A stretch of 64,000 nt of DNA from assembly GCF_009834535.1 (NCBI RefSeq), contig NC_045696.1, forward strand, positions 35,280,001 through 35,344,000, in the 5' to 3' direction. Origin of the DNA: Camelus ferus (taxonomy: Eukaryota). Made by a program: the position numbers and the translations under genes. Positions 25,901-38,016 of the stretch are shown here, piece after piece; position 1 is the stretch's first letter; the number at the start of each line of letters is the position of its first letter. A model generated the notes under the pieces. That model was given only the letters and a program-made list of their open reading frames with translations, was not told the origin of the DNA and searched no databases.

Positions 25901-27985
25901 AAAATGATATGATCTTGTATGTAGAAAACCTGAATAAATCTCTTAAAAACTATTACAACAAATTTACTACTTTGGCAAGGTTGTAGGATTCAGTATCAAC
26001 ATTCAAAAATTAACTGCACTTCTATACACTAGCAATGAACAATCATCAAATGAAATTTAAAAACAATTCTTACAATAGCATAAAAAGAATAAAATAAAAT
26101 GGAATTTAACAAAATAAGTGCAATACTTATACTATGAAAACTACAAAACATTTTGAAAGACACTAAAAAAGACCTAATTAACAGAAAGACACCTCATGTT
26201 TATAGATTGTAAGACATTATAGTTAAGATGTCAATTCCTAAATTGGTTTAGATTCAATGCAAGCTCTATCAAAATTCCAACCTACTTTTTTAAAAAGGAA
26301 ATTGACAAGTTTATCCTAAAATACACACTGGAAATTCAAGTCACCCAAAACAGTCAATACAGTCTTGAAAAATAACAAATTTAAAGGACTCACATTTTCT
26401 GATTTCTAAGCTTACTACAAAGCTACTGTGATCAAGACAGATTGATACTGGCATAAAGACAGACACATAAATAAATAGAATAGGATTGAGAATCCAAAAA
26501 TAACCATTTACACATTTATGGTTAATTGATTTCTACAGGTATGCCAAAAATTCAATGGGGAAAGAATAATCTTTTCAATAGGGCAGGAACAACTAGGTAT
26601 CCAAATGTAGAAGAATGAAGCCAAACTCTTTCCTTATACCATAACCAAGAATTAATTCAAGACCAAAATATAAGTGTTAAAACTATATGACAACAAAAGC
26701 ACAAGCAACCAAAGAAAAAATAAATTATTTGCACTCTATCAAAATGAAGAATTTTTTTCTTCAAACTCATGGAATCAGAAAAAAAAATTTGCAAATCATG
26801 TATCTGTAAAGAGCTTTGTGACCAGAATATTAACAACTCAAAAAGACAAGTGAATTTAAAAATGGGCAAAGGATCTGAAAAGATATTTTTCCAAAGACAA
26901 TATAGAAATATCCAATAGACACATGATAAGATACTCAACATCATTATTCAATAAGGAAACACAAATTAAAACTATAATGAGATACCACTTCCGCTCACTA
27001 GAATGGCTATAATCAAAATGATAACCACAGTGCTGGTGAGGAAATAGAGAAACATACATTGTTGGTAGGAGTGTAAACCGCTGCCACTGTGTTGGAAAAC
27101 AATGTGACAGTTTCTGAACATGTTAAACATGGAGTTATCATATGACTCAGCAATTTGACTCTTAGGTATATACTCAAGAAAAATGGACAAGTACATCCAC
27201 AAAACACATGTGTGTGAATGCTCATAGCATCATCATTCATTATAACCAAAAAGTGGAAACAACTCAAATCTTCATCAACTGAAAAATGTATAAATAAAAT
27301 GTGATACATTCATCCAACAGGATATTACTTGGCAATAAAAAGGAATGGAGTACTGATAACATGCTACAACATATATGAAACTTGAAAACATTATGCTTAG
27401 TGAAAAAAGCCACAGACTACATGTGAAAAGGACCACATATTATCTGATCCCATTTATAAGAAATGTCCCAAATTGGCAAATTTATAGAAACAGAAAATAG
27501 ATTAGTGGTTGCCAGAGTCGGGAGTGAGGGTCAGGAATTAAGAATAACAACTAAGCACAAGGTTTCTTTTGGGGGTGATAAACTATTCTGAAATTAGATT
27601 ATGGTACTCCAACAACTCTGTGGAGTACTCATACATGTACAATATCGATGAACCTTGAAAATGTTTTGTGAACTTAAACAAGTTAGCCACAAATAACCTC
27701 ATATTATATGATGCCATTTCATGAAATGTCTAGAGTAGGCAAATCTGTAGAGATGGAGAGTAAATTAGTGGTTTAAGTGGTGCCCAGGGCTGGGCGGTGA
27801 GTGATGGAGGCAGGGATGGTGAGTGACTGCAAACATGCAGATTTCTTTTTAAGATAATGACAATGTTCTAAAATTAAATTGTGATGATGGTTACACAACT
27901 CTGTGAATATACTAAAACTCACTAAACTAAGCAATTTTAAAAGGTAAATTGTATAACAGATGAATTATATATCAATAAAGCCGTA
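22990..27985 (+). mobile_element. Old LINE-1 (L1MB/L1M4-type): 5' region, ORF1, internally deleted ORF2, doubled 3' end
   Basis: ORF1-like gtggccgaaacttcccaaattt at ~24765; RT-region cccaattcatgctatgagg at ~25310; C-terminal atgagataccactt at ~26977; 3' UTR ending atatcaataaagc at ~27980. 5' boundary approximate. Confidence 0.9.
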
Positions 27986-28127
27986 AGAACTATATAAAGG
28001 AAATGTAGCTAAACTTAGTAGGAACTTAGGCGGGAAAAATTCAGACAGCATAGGAATATCACTGAAATACAGGAAGAGATAACATCTTTTTTTTTTAGAT
28101 CAAGGCTTGGTGAGTTTTGTTGTATGC

Positions 28128-28358
28128 TTTTTTTAATTGAAGTATAGTCAGCTTACAATGTTGTGTCAATTTCTTGTGTATAGCATGTTTCAATCATACA
28201 TATACCATACATGTGTTCTTTTTCATATTCTTTGTCACTATAGGTTACTGCAAGATATTGAATATAGTTCCTTGTGCTATACAATAGAAACTTGTTGTTT
28301 AACTATTTTATATACAGTAGTTAGTATCTGCAAATCTCAAACTCCCAATTTATCCATC
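28128..28358 (-). mobile_element. Younger L1 3' UTR fragment (camelid-type)
   Basis: ttttaattgaagtatagtcagcttacaatgttgtgtcaatttc ... aagatattgaatatagttccttgtgctatacaatagaaacttgttg; same family as 45251-45445. Confidence 0.85.
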
Positions 28359-28950
28359 CTTACCATTGATAAATATTTGGCCTACTTCCATCCCTTGGCT
28401 AATATGAAAAATGGTGCAATGAACATGGGTATAGAAATATCTCTTCAAGATCATACTTTGAATTCTTTTGGATACATACCCAGAAGTGGGCTTGCTGAAT
28501 CAAATGGTAATTCTATTTGTAATTTTTGGAGGTAACTACATACAGTTTTCCACAGTAACTGTACCATTTTACATTCTCCCCAACAGTGCAAAAGTATTCC
28601 AATTTCTCCACAACCTTGCCAGGACTTTTCTATTCTTTTGATAGTGACCATCTTAATGAGTGTAAGGTTATACTGTGGCATTTGAATTGCATTTCCCTAA
28701 TGATTAGTGATGTTGAGCATTTCTCATAGCCTTGTTGGCCATCTGTATGTCTTCTTTGAAGAACTGTCTGTTCCACTTCTTTGTCCATTTTTTAAAATCA
28801 TGTTATCTCTTTTTGTTGTTGTTATGCTTTATAGGAGTTCCTTATATATTCTGGTTATAAATCCCTTATCAGATATATGATTTGTAAATACTTTTTCTCA
28901 TTCTTTAGGTTGTCTTTTCACTCTGTTAATTGCTCCCTTTGATCATACAG
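28359..28950 (-). mobile_element. Older L1 ORF2 3' fragment (L1MA/L1MB-type)
   Basis: ORF track 28451-28681 reads LQKLQIELPFDSASPLLGMYPKE (L1 ORF2 C-terminus); ttgcatttccctaatgattagtgatgttgagcat. Confidence 0.85.
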
Positions 28951-29064
28951 AATTCTTCACATACTAAAAGATGCTATTTTTTTCTTTAAGAAAAGAAGTG
29001 CTACTTACAAAAGTGCAGCATTTTTATAACTAGTATATCAACACAAGCTAAAAATACATTTCTG

Positions 29065-29440
29065 TATTGCTGTCTCCAGGCACAGACACCACAGCATAGA
29101 CCACTATGTCCACCTCTACTGGACATCAAATAGCAATATTATAATATTGATGCTGATGCTGATGCTGCTGATTCTGGAAGCTTGCTGTAACTGCCATTCC
29201 TCATACTAGTCTCATCAGAAAAAGCTCACTCTGCTCCCTGCTTCTATGTCCAGCTAACTTCAAAAGAAGCACCAGCTTCATATGTCTGACAGGGACACTG
29301 TGAGACACTGTGCCCATGATTTAGCTGCAAGTGAGGATTGGAGAGTGAACACAAGACATTTTCAGCATCTCAAACGGGAGATAGGCTAGGTTTCCTCAAG
29401 GTGGACAATTCCTCAAGCATAATTATAATTATTGGCATTG
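29065..29440 (-). mobile_element. Ancient MaLR/ERVL LTR fragment (family uncertain)
   Basis: ttagctgcaagtgaggattggagagtga ... cattttcagcatct resembles old MLT1-type LTRs. Confidence 0.4.
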
Positions 29441-32331
29441 TGTCAAAAATAAATGACAATCACCACTCCTCTTTAGGAAATAAAGAAGTTCTTTTATGAA
29501 ACATATTTTGGTACATTATTATAAATAATCACATTCTTGATGGGTCGTTTAACTAATCCAAAATAATGCTTCTTAAGCTTTTTGCATATAGAATAACAGG
29601 GCAAATTTCAAGCCAAAGGTCCTTCATTTAGTTAATTATCTCTGACTAAAGACTTTGTTACACATCGTTATTACAACTCTTAGATTCAGAAAAAAAGGGC
29701 CTCATTTATCTCTAAGCTCATTCTATTTAAGTAGAGATTACATATCAGTGATAGAAGAATGGCTCAATAATTAATAAATTAGGCCATCCAAATCAATACC
29801 TGTGACCTATATGATCACAGATGTTATAGCTGATCACTCTCAAATTCTAGAAAGTAAATAATCTAAATAATGTCAGCTGGGCAAATCAACACTTCCTCTT
29901 CTAATGTTAGAACAGATCATGTGCTATACCATCATATTAAAAACAGAAATAGTTAACCTAATGATATTTTCTTTCTGGAGGATGAATATACAATACTTAT
30001 TATAAGACACATTATTATTACACTTAGTGTATTATTAACTGCACTTAACATACTGTCTACTGTCTCTAGAAATTATAAGTCTGTGGGAGTTTATCAGACT
30101 TTCATATTATTTTATTGACCAATTTACACAGCTATTATCAAAACTATTTACACAATGTATTTTCACCAGATCTTAAACTTTTACATTTTTATGTATTTTT
30201 AAAAAATGTCCCCCACATGAAAATTTACACAGTGTATTTTCAGGGCTTATGCATCTAAAACATTCCAAAATCTGTTACCAAATTTGATCATTTAATTAAA
30301 ATAGTCCAGAAGTTTCACCAGTAATAATTTATGGACAGGCAGGTATGATAAAACAATTAATTAGGATTTTTTAGTTTTTTTTATTTAAAAGAAAAATCTC
30401 AACCAAGATGTCATGGACAACCTGAAAGTAACACTGGTTCTACCCTAACAAGGCCAAAGCTAATACTAGTAGAAGAAAGTGTCACCCACCTCGAACAGGG
30501 GAAATTCACTGAAGAGTCTTTAGGTTTAAAGCTAAATGCTGTCGTTGGCTTGAACAAATAACTGCTGTGTCCACACACATAAAACAAACCAGATTCCTGC
30601 TGACCACCTCCTACCTCCAGTTTCTTTTCATCCATTTCTAGATAGACTGAGGATGAATTTCACAGATAAAAACATGTGCATTATTGAAGTTTAGAAATGG
30701 TGGTGCTGGTTTCACAGGCTCTAACCCTGAACCAGTGACATGGGTAGATTTATATTAATTCCAGAATTGGCTGGAAAACTTCAGTTAAGCATGAGAAGGA
30801 GAGTGAGATGTGAGTCACAACCACAAAATGCTTTCTTTCATGTGAAACTGGTGTAAGTGAGAACTTTAAATGGTATTGACAGGAGTGTGAATTTTCTTTT
30901 TTGAGCGTTCCACCTGCCTAAAAGTGGAAGCTTCCCCTGCTGCTGCCTATGCTGTCCTCGTTTGAGGGATAAACAAAAGCCTCCTCTCCAAAAGTCTGTC
31001 AATCCAGCACTTTTATGAGGCACTGAATTCATTTAAAGAAAAAAAGTGCTAAACGAATACATTGTCAAACTAAAAACGATTTTAATTTTTCAAAGGGAAA
31101 CTTGGCATACCAATTATTCTGAATAATCATCTCAGCAGTGTGCAGTTTTGCATTACCAACTACTATGATAAGGAGAAACCCAGTACCATAGATACAATTT
31201 TAATCAGTAGTTGCTGTTGGTATTCAAAGTAGAACTATCAAGTGGCTACTGCATTTGGACATAAATACCATAGACGTGGGAAGCAAAAAGTGCCGCCTCG
31301 ATAAATGAACATTATCAGAATAAATGCTAATACTGTTTAAGATTGTCCACTTTTATTTTCCAGCATTAGACATAAATCACACAAAAAAGAAAATTGTGAA
31401 ATTTTAAACCAACCGTTTTATTTCTTGACAGATTCACACTAGCTTATTCACAGGAGAAACTTATTGAATTATCAGCTTGCTAACTTTGAATTTTAATTTT
31501 TCTTTATCTATTTTGGCTCAGAACAATTATTTTTTAAAACTATTTTACTGCGATTTTTTTGAGGTAAAGAAAAAAATTGTCCCTCTCTCTCTCAACTTGG
31601 AGATTACTGTAAGTCATTTGTTTACATGTATACCATGGAAGCGTATATAATGTTTTCAGTTACAGTACAACACTGTTTTCCTCTTTCCAACAACCAAGTG
31701 AAGAACACTTTTTCAAGTGCTCCTTTTGAGTGCTGCTCTTTCATTTCAATTCATCTACTTGTCTACAAGACCTGATAAAAGATGGGGTCCAGTTAATACT
31801 CCTGATGCATTGTGTTCACATCGACTTCCTCTTTGGTACTGTGATCATGAGCAGTACACAATAGGAGGCATTTGGGTACTCATTGTGCATAATTATTAAG
31901 GTGTGACAAAAGGATGAAGGAATTGCAGAGGCAATCTGTTCTTCAATCTGGGCTGTCTGAGGACCCTTTCAGAGCGGCAGAGTGTTAATTTCCTGAACAT
32001 CTCATGATAAGCAAAACGAGCCGCCTCTGACAAGAAGGTTGCCATAAAAACAAGCCGGTGCTGTGTGATTTATTCTCTAATGTAATAAAAACCCCAGTGA
32101 AATAAGAGAGTTAGCTCTCTTAGGTAAGAAACTCTCAGGCGTTTATAAAAAATTGATGTCCTTCTGCCATGGGGTAGAACAGAGACAAATTGGTTGTATT
32201 TTGAAAGTTAATTGATCCTCTCAATTTACAATAATCTTTAATTCACATAAGCAGTGATAGGAAAAAGACAATTTTATGATGATCCCTAGTGATTTGAAAG
32301 TCCATTCTTCAAACAGAATAGTTTGCAAAAC

Positions 32332-32432
32332 ATCCACAGTTACAGAAACAGCACCTACTAGTTAACAAATATTATTTGTGCATTGGTTGCAGATAACTGT
32401 GAAAATTAGTAAACACATTAAAATTTCAAATA
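32332..32432 (+). repeat. Dispersed direct repeat, copy 1 (copy 2 at 33366-33458)
   Basis: About 95-100 bp align; identical 25-bp core cagataactgtgaaaattagtaaac at 32390-32414. Confidence 0.9.
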
Positions 32433-32924
32433 CATATGCCATACCATACAGTTTTTGAATTAAAAAATTAAAAACAGATCTGTTTTAGTATGATGAGCTT
32501 GAAAATAAACCCTGCGTACTTTTGTTCTACCATCCTTTAACAGATCATCTTTAAAGCAAAAACTCTGTAAAGGAAATGAAATAAACCAGCAATTTGTCTT
32601 TTTGAACTTAACTTGAATCAGAGAAAAGGAAGTATTATAATGAATGATACAAAATACCCATTTTTTCCCCCTGAGTTGGAAATACCAGGTTATGCTATGC
32701 AACTTTGGTCTACGAAGTAACCGACCAACTCAGAAGTAAAAGGCCGAGTTTCTTTGCCCTCTGTGAGGTTCCAGACCTAGTCACCTTGGAGATTACCTTC
32801 TGTCTTACTCTACACCTCATGAGTTTCAGAACCATCCAGAGAACTAAAAGCAGTCGTCTTTAGTCTGAGACTTTTGAAAGGAAAAAGAAAAAAAAAAAAT
32901 CAAGAGCAGATGCAGTTTGGAATA

Positions 32925-33068
32925 TAGTCACCCCTCGGTATTCATGGGAAATTACTCTCAGGACCCTGTGCATACCAAAATCTGTGGATGCTCAATTTCC
33001 TTACTCTTCCTTACGGTCGACCCTCCCTATCTGCAGGTTCCACATCTGCAGATACACAGGGTGGACTG
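32925..33068. mobile_element. TcMar-Tigger MITE (MER2-like) with TA target-site duplication
   Basis: TA-tagtcacccctcggtat ... ataccaaaatctgtggatgctcaa ... gatacacagggtggactg-TA; imperfect terminal inverted repeats. Confidence 0.75.
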
Positions 33069-33365
33069 TATTCCTTCAGGATTCTTTTTTACGTCTGACT
33101 CTATTGGTATGCTCAGTGACTTAGGCAGTTCAGCTCCATATGAGTTGTTTTTAGAGGTCTCTTATGATGGCTTAGAAAGTAATCTCAAACTCCTTTTTCT
33201 CTACTAAAGGGCAAGACTCCAGGCAGAGCAAATCAGAGATACCCATCTCAAACTGTGCATCTATGCCATGGAGATAAACAGCAATTCATTAGTTAGGGTG
33301 CTGCCTAGTGTAGACACTAGGAGTCCTACAGTGGGATGTGGAACAAGATGGAAATACTTTAGTGA

Positions 33366-33458
33366 ATCCACACTTATGGAAGTAGCATTTACCAGTAAAT
33401 AAATATTATTGGTTCCAGATAACTGTGAAAATTAGTAAACTCATTAAAATTCCAGAAT
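33366..33458 (+). repeat. Dispersed direct repeat, copy 2
   Basis: Core at 33416-33440; 8 bp shorter than copy 1. Confidence 0.9.
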
Positions 33459-33464
33459 ATTAGC

Positions 33465-33602
33465 ATTTCTCACGTTTAGTTTGTTAAAAATACAAATTGT
33501 CAGTTTTCTCCATCAGAGAGTCTAGGTTGATGTCCAGGAATCTATCTATATGTGTAATAAGAATCTCTGATACTTCCAAGAATCACGCTCTGAGAAACTC
33601 CA
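33465..33602. mobile_element. MER5-like MITE fragment
   Basis: tttgttaaaaatacaaatt ... ccaggaatct ... cacgctctgagaaac. Confidence 0.5.
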
Positions 33603-34242
33603 CAATATAACCAAAATATATAAGTAATTCAACCAATTACTGAACATAACAACTAATCTCAAGCTATAATATGGTGAGTATAGATTTCACCCAATTCTTC
33701 CTCTGATGGAGGGATTGTAAAAGTTCACAGAATCAGCTGTGTGCCTTCATTAAATGTTTTAAATGCTTGTTCCTCTGCTTTTGACTTTTTGCTTTCAGTA
33801 TCTTATGTGTGGTTGTTTTGCCCATTCCATCAAAATATTTTTCAGAGTCTATTTATATGTTTGTCAGGAAACATTTTTATCCTGGTTCCCAATCTTTATA
33901 TGTGTTGACACTAAAAAAGCAAAACTCTATTTTCCTTAGCCTTACCCAGGACTAAGGTGAGAATAAGGATGTTTATGCAGGAAAATTCTAATTCAGAAAT
34001 GCAATCTAGCCTAAGGCTGAGAAAATGGTTATTGTAAGTGTTTGGCCACATTTGCACACAGCTGTCAGTGGGTAGACCATCCTCCACTACCCCCCACTTC
34101 TTATATAGGCCGGGAAAGGTAAATATCCTGAAAACCAGGGTGTACACAAAAGACAGCTAACTGCTTAGCAGAGGGAATAATGAGAAACTAGGAGTAGAAG
34201 AGAAGAACAAAGAGTGAAAGAGAAAAGAGAGGGGTGAGAACA

Positions 34243-34741
34243 TATTTGTTTCCAATGGCAGCTGCAACAAATTACACAAACTTAATGGTATAAAGCAATT
34301 ACAGAAGCCAGAAGTCCAAAGTAAGTGTCACCGTGGGGAAATAAAGGTGTTTGGCAGAGCTGCACCCTATCCAGAGCTCTAGGGGAGAATCCATCCCTTG
34401 CCTCCTCCCACTCCTGGCAGCTCTCAGAATTCCTCGGCTTATGGCTGCATCACCCGAATCTTCAAAGTCAGTATCCTCAAATCTCTCCCTGCTCCATCTG
34501 CATATCCCCTTCTCCTCTGTGTGTCTGCTTATAAAATCTCCCTCTGCCTGTCTCTTACAGGGATTCATGCAATTGCATTTACGGCCCATCCAGACAGAAT
34601 ACTCCCCTTACTTCACGATCCTTAATCACATCTGGGCTTTCTGTTTGGTGGGTTGGTTTTTCACCCTATGTAAGGTAACACTGACAAGTTCCAGGGATTA
34701 AAATGTGGATATATTTTGTGGGGAATATTTTTAAGCTTATA
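34243..34741 (-). mobile_element. MaLR solo LTR (MLT1C/D-like)
   Basis: gctgcaacaaattacacaaactta ... gccagaagtccaaa ... ctctaggggagaatcc ... ggcttatggctgcatcac ... tatgtaaggtaaca ... ttccagggatta. Confidence 0.85.
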
Positions 34742-36099
34742 TTGAGGGAAAAGAGAGGAAAGAGAAAACTTGTATCAGGACGCTGAAGCCAGTGCAGAAA
34801 GTGATCACTGGAACAGCCACAGGCTATAACAGGAATACCTAAGATCATTTTAAAGCGGTATGCCTTGCTGAGACTAAAAACTATCTTGATCTTCCTAAAT
34901 TTTCAGTGAATTGTGCTTCAAAAACAAAGCCTCGTGGGAAAAGCTATCTGAGTTTCACAGAAGTAAAAACATCTGTCAGAAATGACCATGAGAATTTTAA
35001 TGCTTAGATGTACTGGGACAGGACGTTGCAGCAAACTTGGGATAAAGGCTTGAGCTAACTTTACCGATGTATCAAAGGGCAGTGTTGCTCAGCTGAAATC
35101 TGGATGGCACTGCATTTGCTGTGGTTTACATTGGGTTTTAACTATGACATTAGGTTTTTATTTGCTGCTGTGGTTCTGTCCTTTCTTGGCTGTCCATGTA
35201 TTTCTGCAAGCCATCTCAACTTACTCTATTATTTCCTTTTCTACCTTCTTCTTTGCTATTCTATGTGTCCTGAACACCTTCTTTCTAAGCTTGAATAGAA
35301 GACCCTGTTGACACACATTCCTACTTAAACAGAAACGATAAAAGATCTCAGGTCAGCCAGTGAAAGAGGAGTTCCTATCTGCCTGACCCTCGGTTCATAG
35401 ATTTCACTCATTAAATCTTTATCTTCAAATCTATGATGAGAGAGATTTTGAATCTCCATCAAGAAACACTTTGGTCTGGGATGAAAGGAGGAAGTCTGCC
35501 AAATTGACTTCAGAATTATATAAGTGCTATGTGTACAAGAAATTGTATGCCCTACAATAACCTGTCACATCTCAAAGGCAGGCCTTCTTCGGTTAACGGC
35601 AGTTAAGAGAAGACCTACTGGTGCTTAGAGCCTTATTCAATGGGTTACACAGTCTTCATTATGGCTCATGTTTCCTTAGATTTCCAGCCTCACAGACACC
35701 CTCAAATGCCAAAATCATGAGAGGTAGTTTAAAATGAGGTGCCGGGCCACCTTGGCAGGGCATTGTAATAGCTGTATTAGACCTGCTTCACCTCCAGGCT
35801 GAGGCTGAACAGGTAAGACGATGGAGAATTCTCCTTCAGTCAAGGGCATGCACAGGACAGGAGGTGTTTTCCCTCTGCCTCTACATAAACAGGGAAGGAG
35901 ACCCCTTAGACAACCCCTTAGAAAGCTTTATTTATTTCCTCTAGATACTGAGAAGCTGGTAAGAGAGGCTTAAAGTCAGGGAACTGACCCTTCTGACTGT
36001 ACAAGGTTTGGGGTGTGCTGTGAAGTTAATTTCTGCTTTCATAGTCATTCTTGCCCTACTTTAAATTATAAATATTTCAGGGCTCTGCTAGACCAACAA

Positions 36100-36400
36100 A
36101 TTTATTTATTCTTTCAGTCAACAAATGCTTGCTGAATGTCTATTATGTGCAAGAGATTATGTTACATTACTTAAGTGAACAGAGTGTTTAGCCCTTTTAC
36201 CCAGGATATTTGTAAATTAATAATATTAAAAATGTATCCTAAAGAAATATCAAACAAAGCATTTACTGCATGTGTCCCTGCAAAACACACTGTGGGCGTA
36301 CAAACATGAATCTGATGCAGTCTTCCCCAAAAAGAGGAGCTCATTGGTGATTAGTTATGATAAAATATCATATGCAGTAAAATGTGGCAAATGAAAAGCT
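36100..36400 (-). mobile_element. L2 3'-end fragments
   Basis: cagtcaacaaatgcttgctgaatgtctattatgtgcaag and aaacaaagcatttactgcatg. Confidence 0.5.
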
Positions 36401-38016
36401 ATGACTGTTCAGTTAGAGGTAGTGCCATGGAGCAGAGGCAAAATTTCTAGAGTGGGTTACAAGTGAGGTCTTGCTAACAGCTGTTCAGGAATCTCATGTA
36501 AGTCTGCTTACTTTTTGAATAAGATAACATCACACAGAAATATATTGAGACCCTCATAAATCAAATTCTATGTCAGAGGTAAAGAATTTAAAGACAAATA
36601 TAACCTATTCCCTAACCTCAAACAGGTTATATATAACTCAATGGATGCAACAGATATTTATGGAAATTATTTTAATGAAATTACACATGTGCATTTTTAA
36701 AATTCAGATCTATACAAAGTGTCCAACTCTGTTGAGGAAAGTCAAGAGATGGGGAAAGTGAAAATCAATAATTATTTTAAAAACGGACTCTCTTTTACAA
36801 TACAAACTTCTCTTACTCAGAACCAAATGGGATCTAGATCCAAAAGTGGGTCCCAGAAAACCGTGGAGATTGATTCAGTTTGAAGGGTTGCTGCTCAACC
36901 TGCCTATCCTCCATGGCAAAACAGTACATGCCTCATGTGTCATGGGCACCAGAGTGACACAAACCCTAGGCACCGTATGAAAGAACACCTTCAGTATACC
37001 CCTAACTGACACAATGCTGTAGCCGTTTTCCTGGACACAGAACCCAATTCCTTTCTGCATCTGATGACCTCAACCACTAATCCTACAGCTCTTTCTCCCA
37101 TGTTATTTCTCCTTAACGTTAAACCTTAACTCCTTAACCAAAAAGTTCCTTTTTGATGTTGAAACTCTTTTCTGAAAAGTAACCCTAGCCACCCTCAATA
37201 AGGTTTTTGTTTTGTTTTGTTTTGTTTATTTACAAGGGCTACTCTGACTTAGGACAATGTACATAAATATAGTTCCCAGATAATATTAACCCTTTTAAAA
37301 CTCACAACCAGAACATCACCCTCATAGGCATCCTGCTATCAGACATGCTTTGGCCAAAAGAGTAATGTCTTGACGTGCTTCACAAATGCCACTGTTCATA
37401 AACATCAACAAAATAGGATTTATTGCTCAACAAAGATTGCAAAGGTTTACAAGAAAAAAAGAAAAGCAAACTTAATTTTTAAAAATATTCAGATGACTCT
37501 TCTAAAGTGTGTTTGAATTAGTTAAATGCAAATGTTCTGGAAGTATAAGTTCTGGAAGAACAAATTTTCCATAAAATGCATGCTAAATATAGTTTGGATT
37601 GGCAATTTAACCTCGGGAAAATAAACCACTGGAGACTTTTTTCCTTTGAAAAACAAAATGCAGAACCAGTTAGAACATTGCTGCTCTGACTAAAATGGAG
37701 ATTTTTAAATGTTTGGGAACTTAAATTTTGTATAATACACACAGAAAAGAATTGGAAAAAAAGAGGACAATATTTCTTTTTACTCTTTTTACAAGGCTTA
37801 GCCAGCCACATCAGAAAGACCATATGTTAGTTGCAAGAAAAGTTTGCTGTAGGGGGTTTTAGTCAGAATTTTGCAGTTTGGATACTATACATTAAAAATG
37901 ATGCTTTCAGAAAAGATTTAAAACTCTTTGATAATGGTAATACAGTTGAACTACACTATAATGCAGAGAATTGCTACTTTATAGATTTCCTATGCCAAAA
38001 TAACTGAAATGCATTT

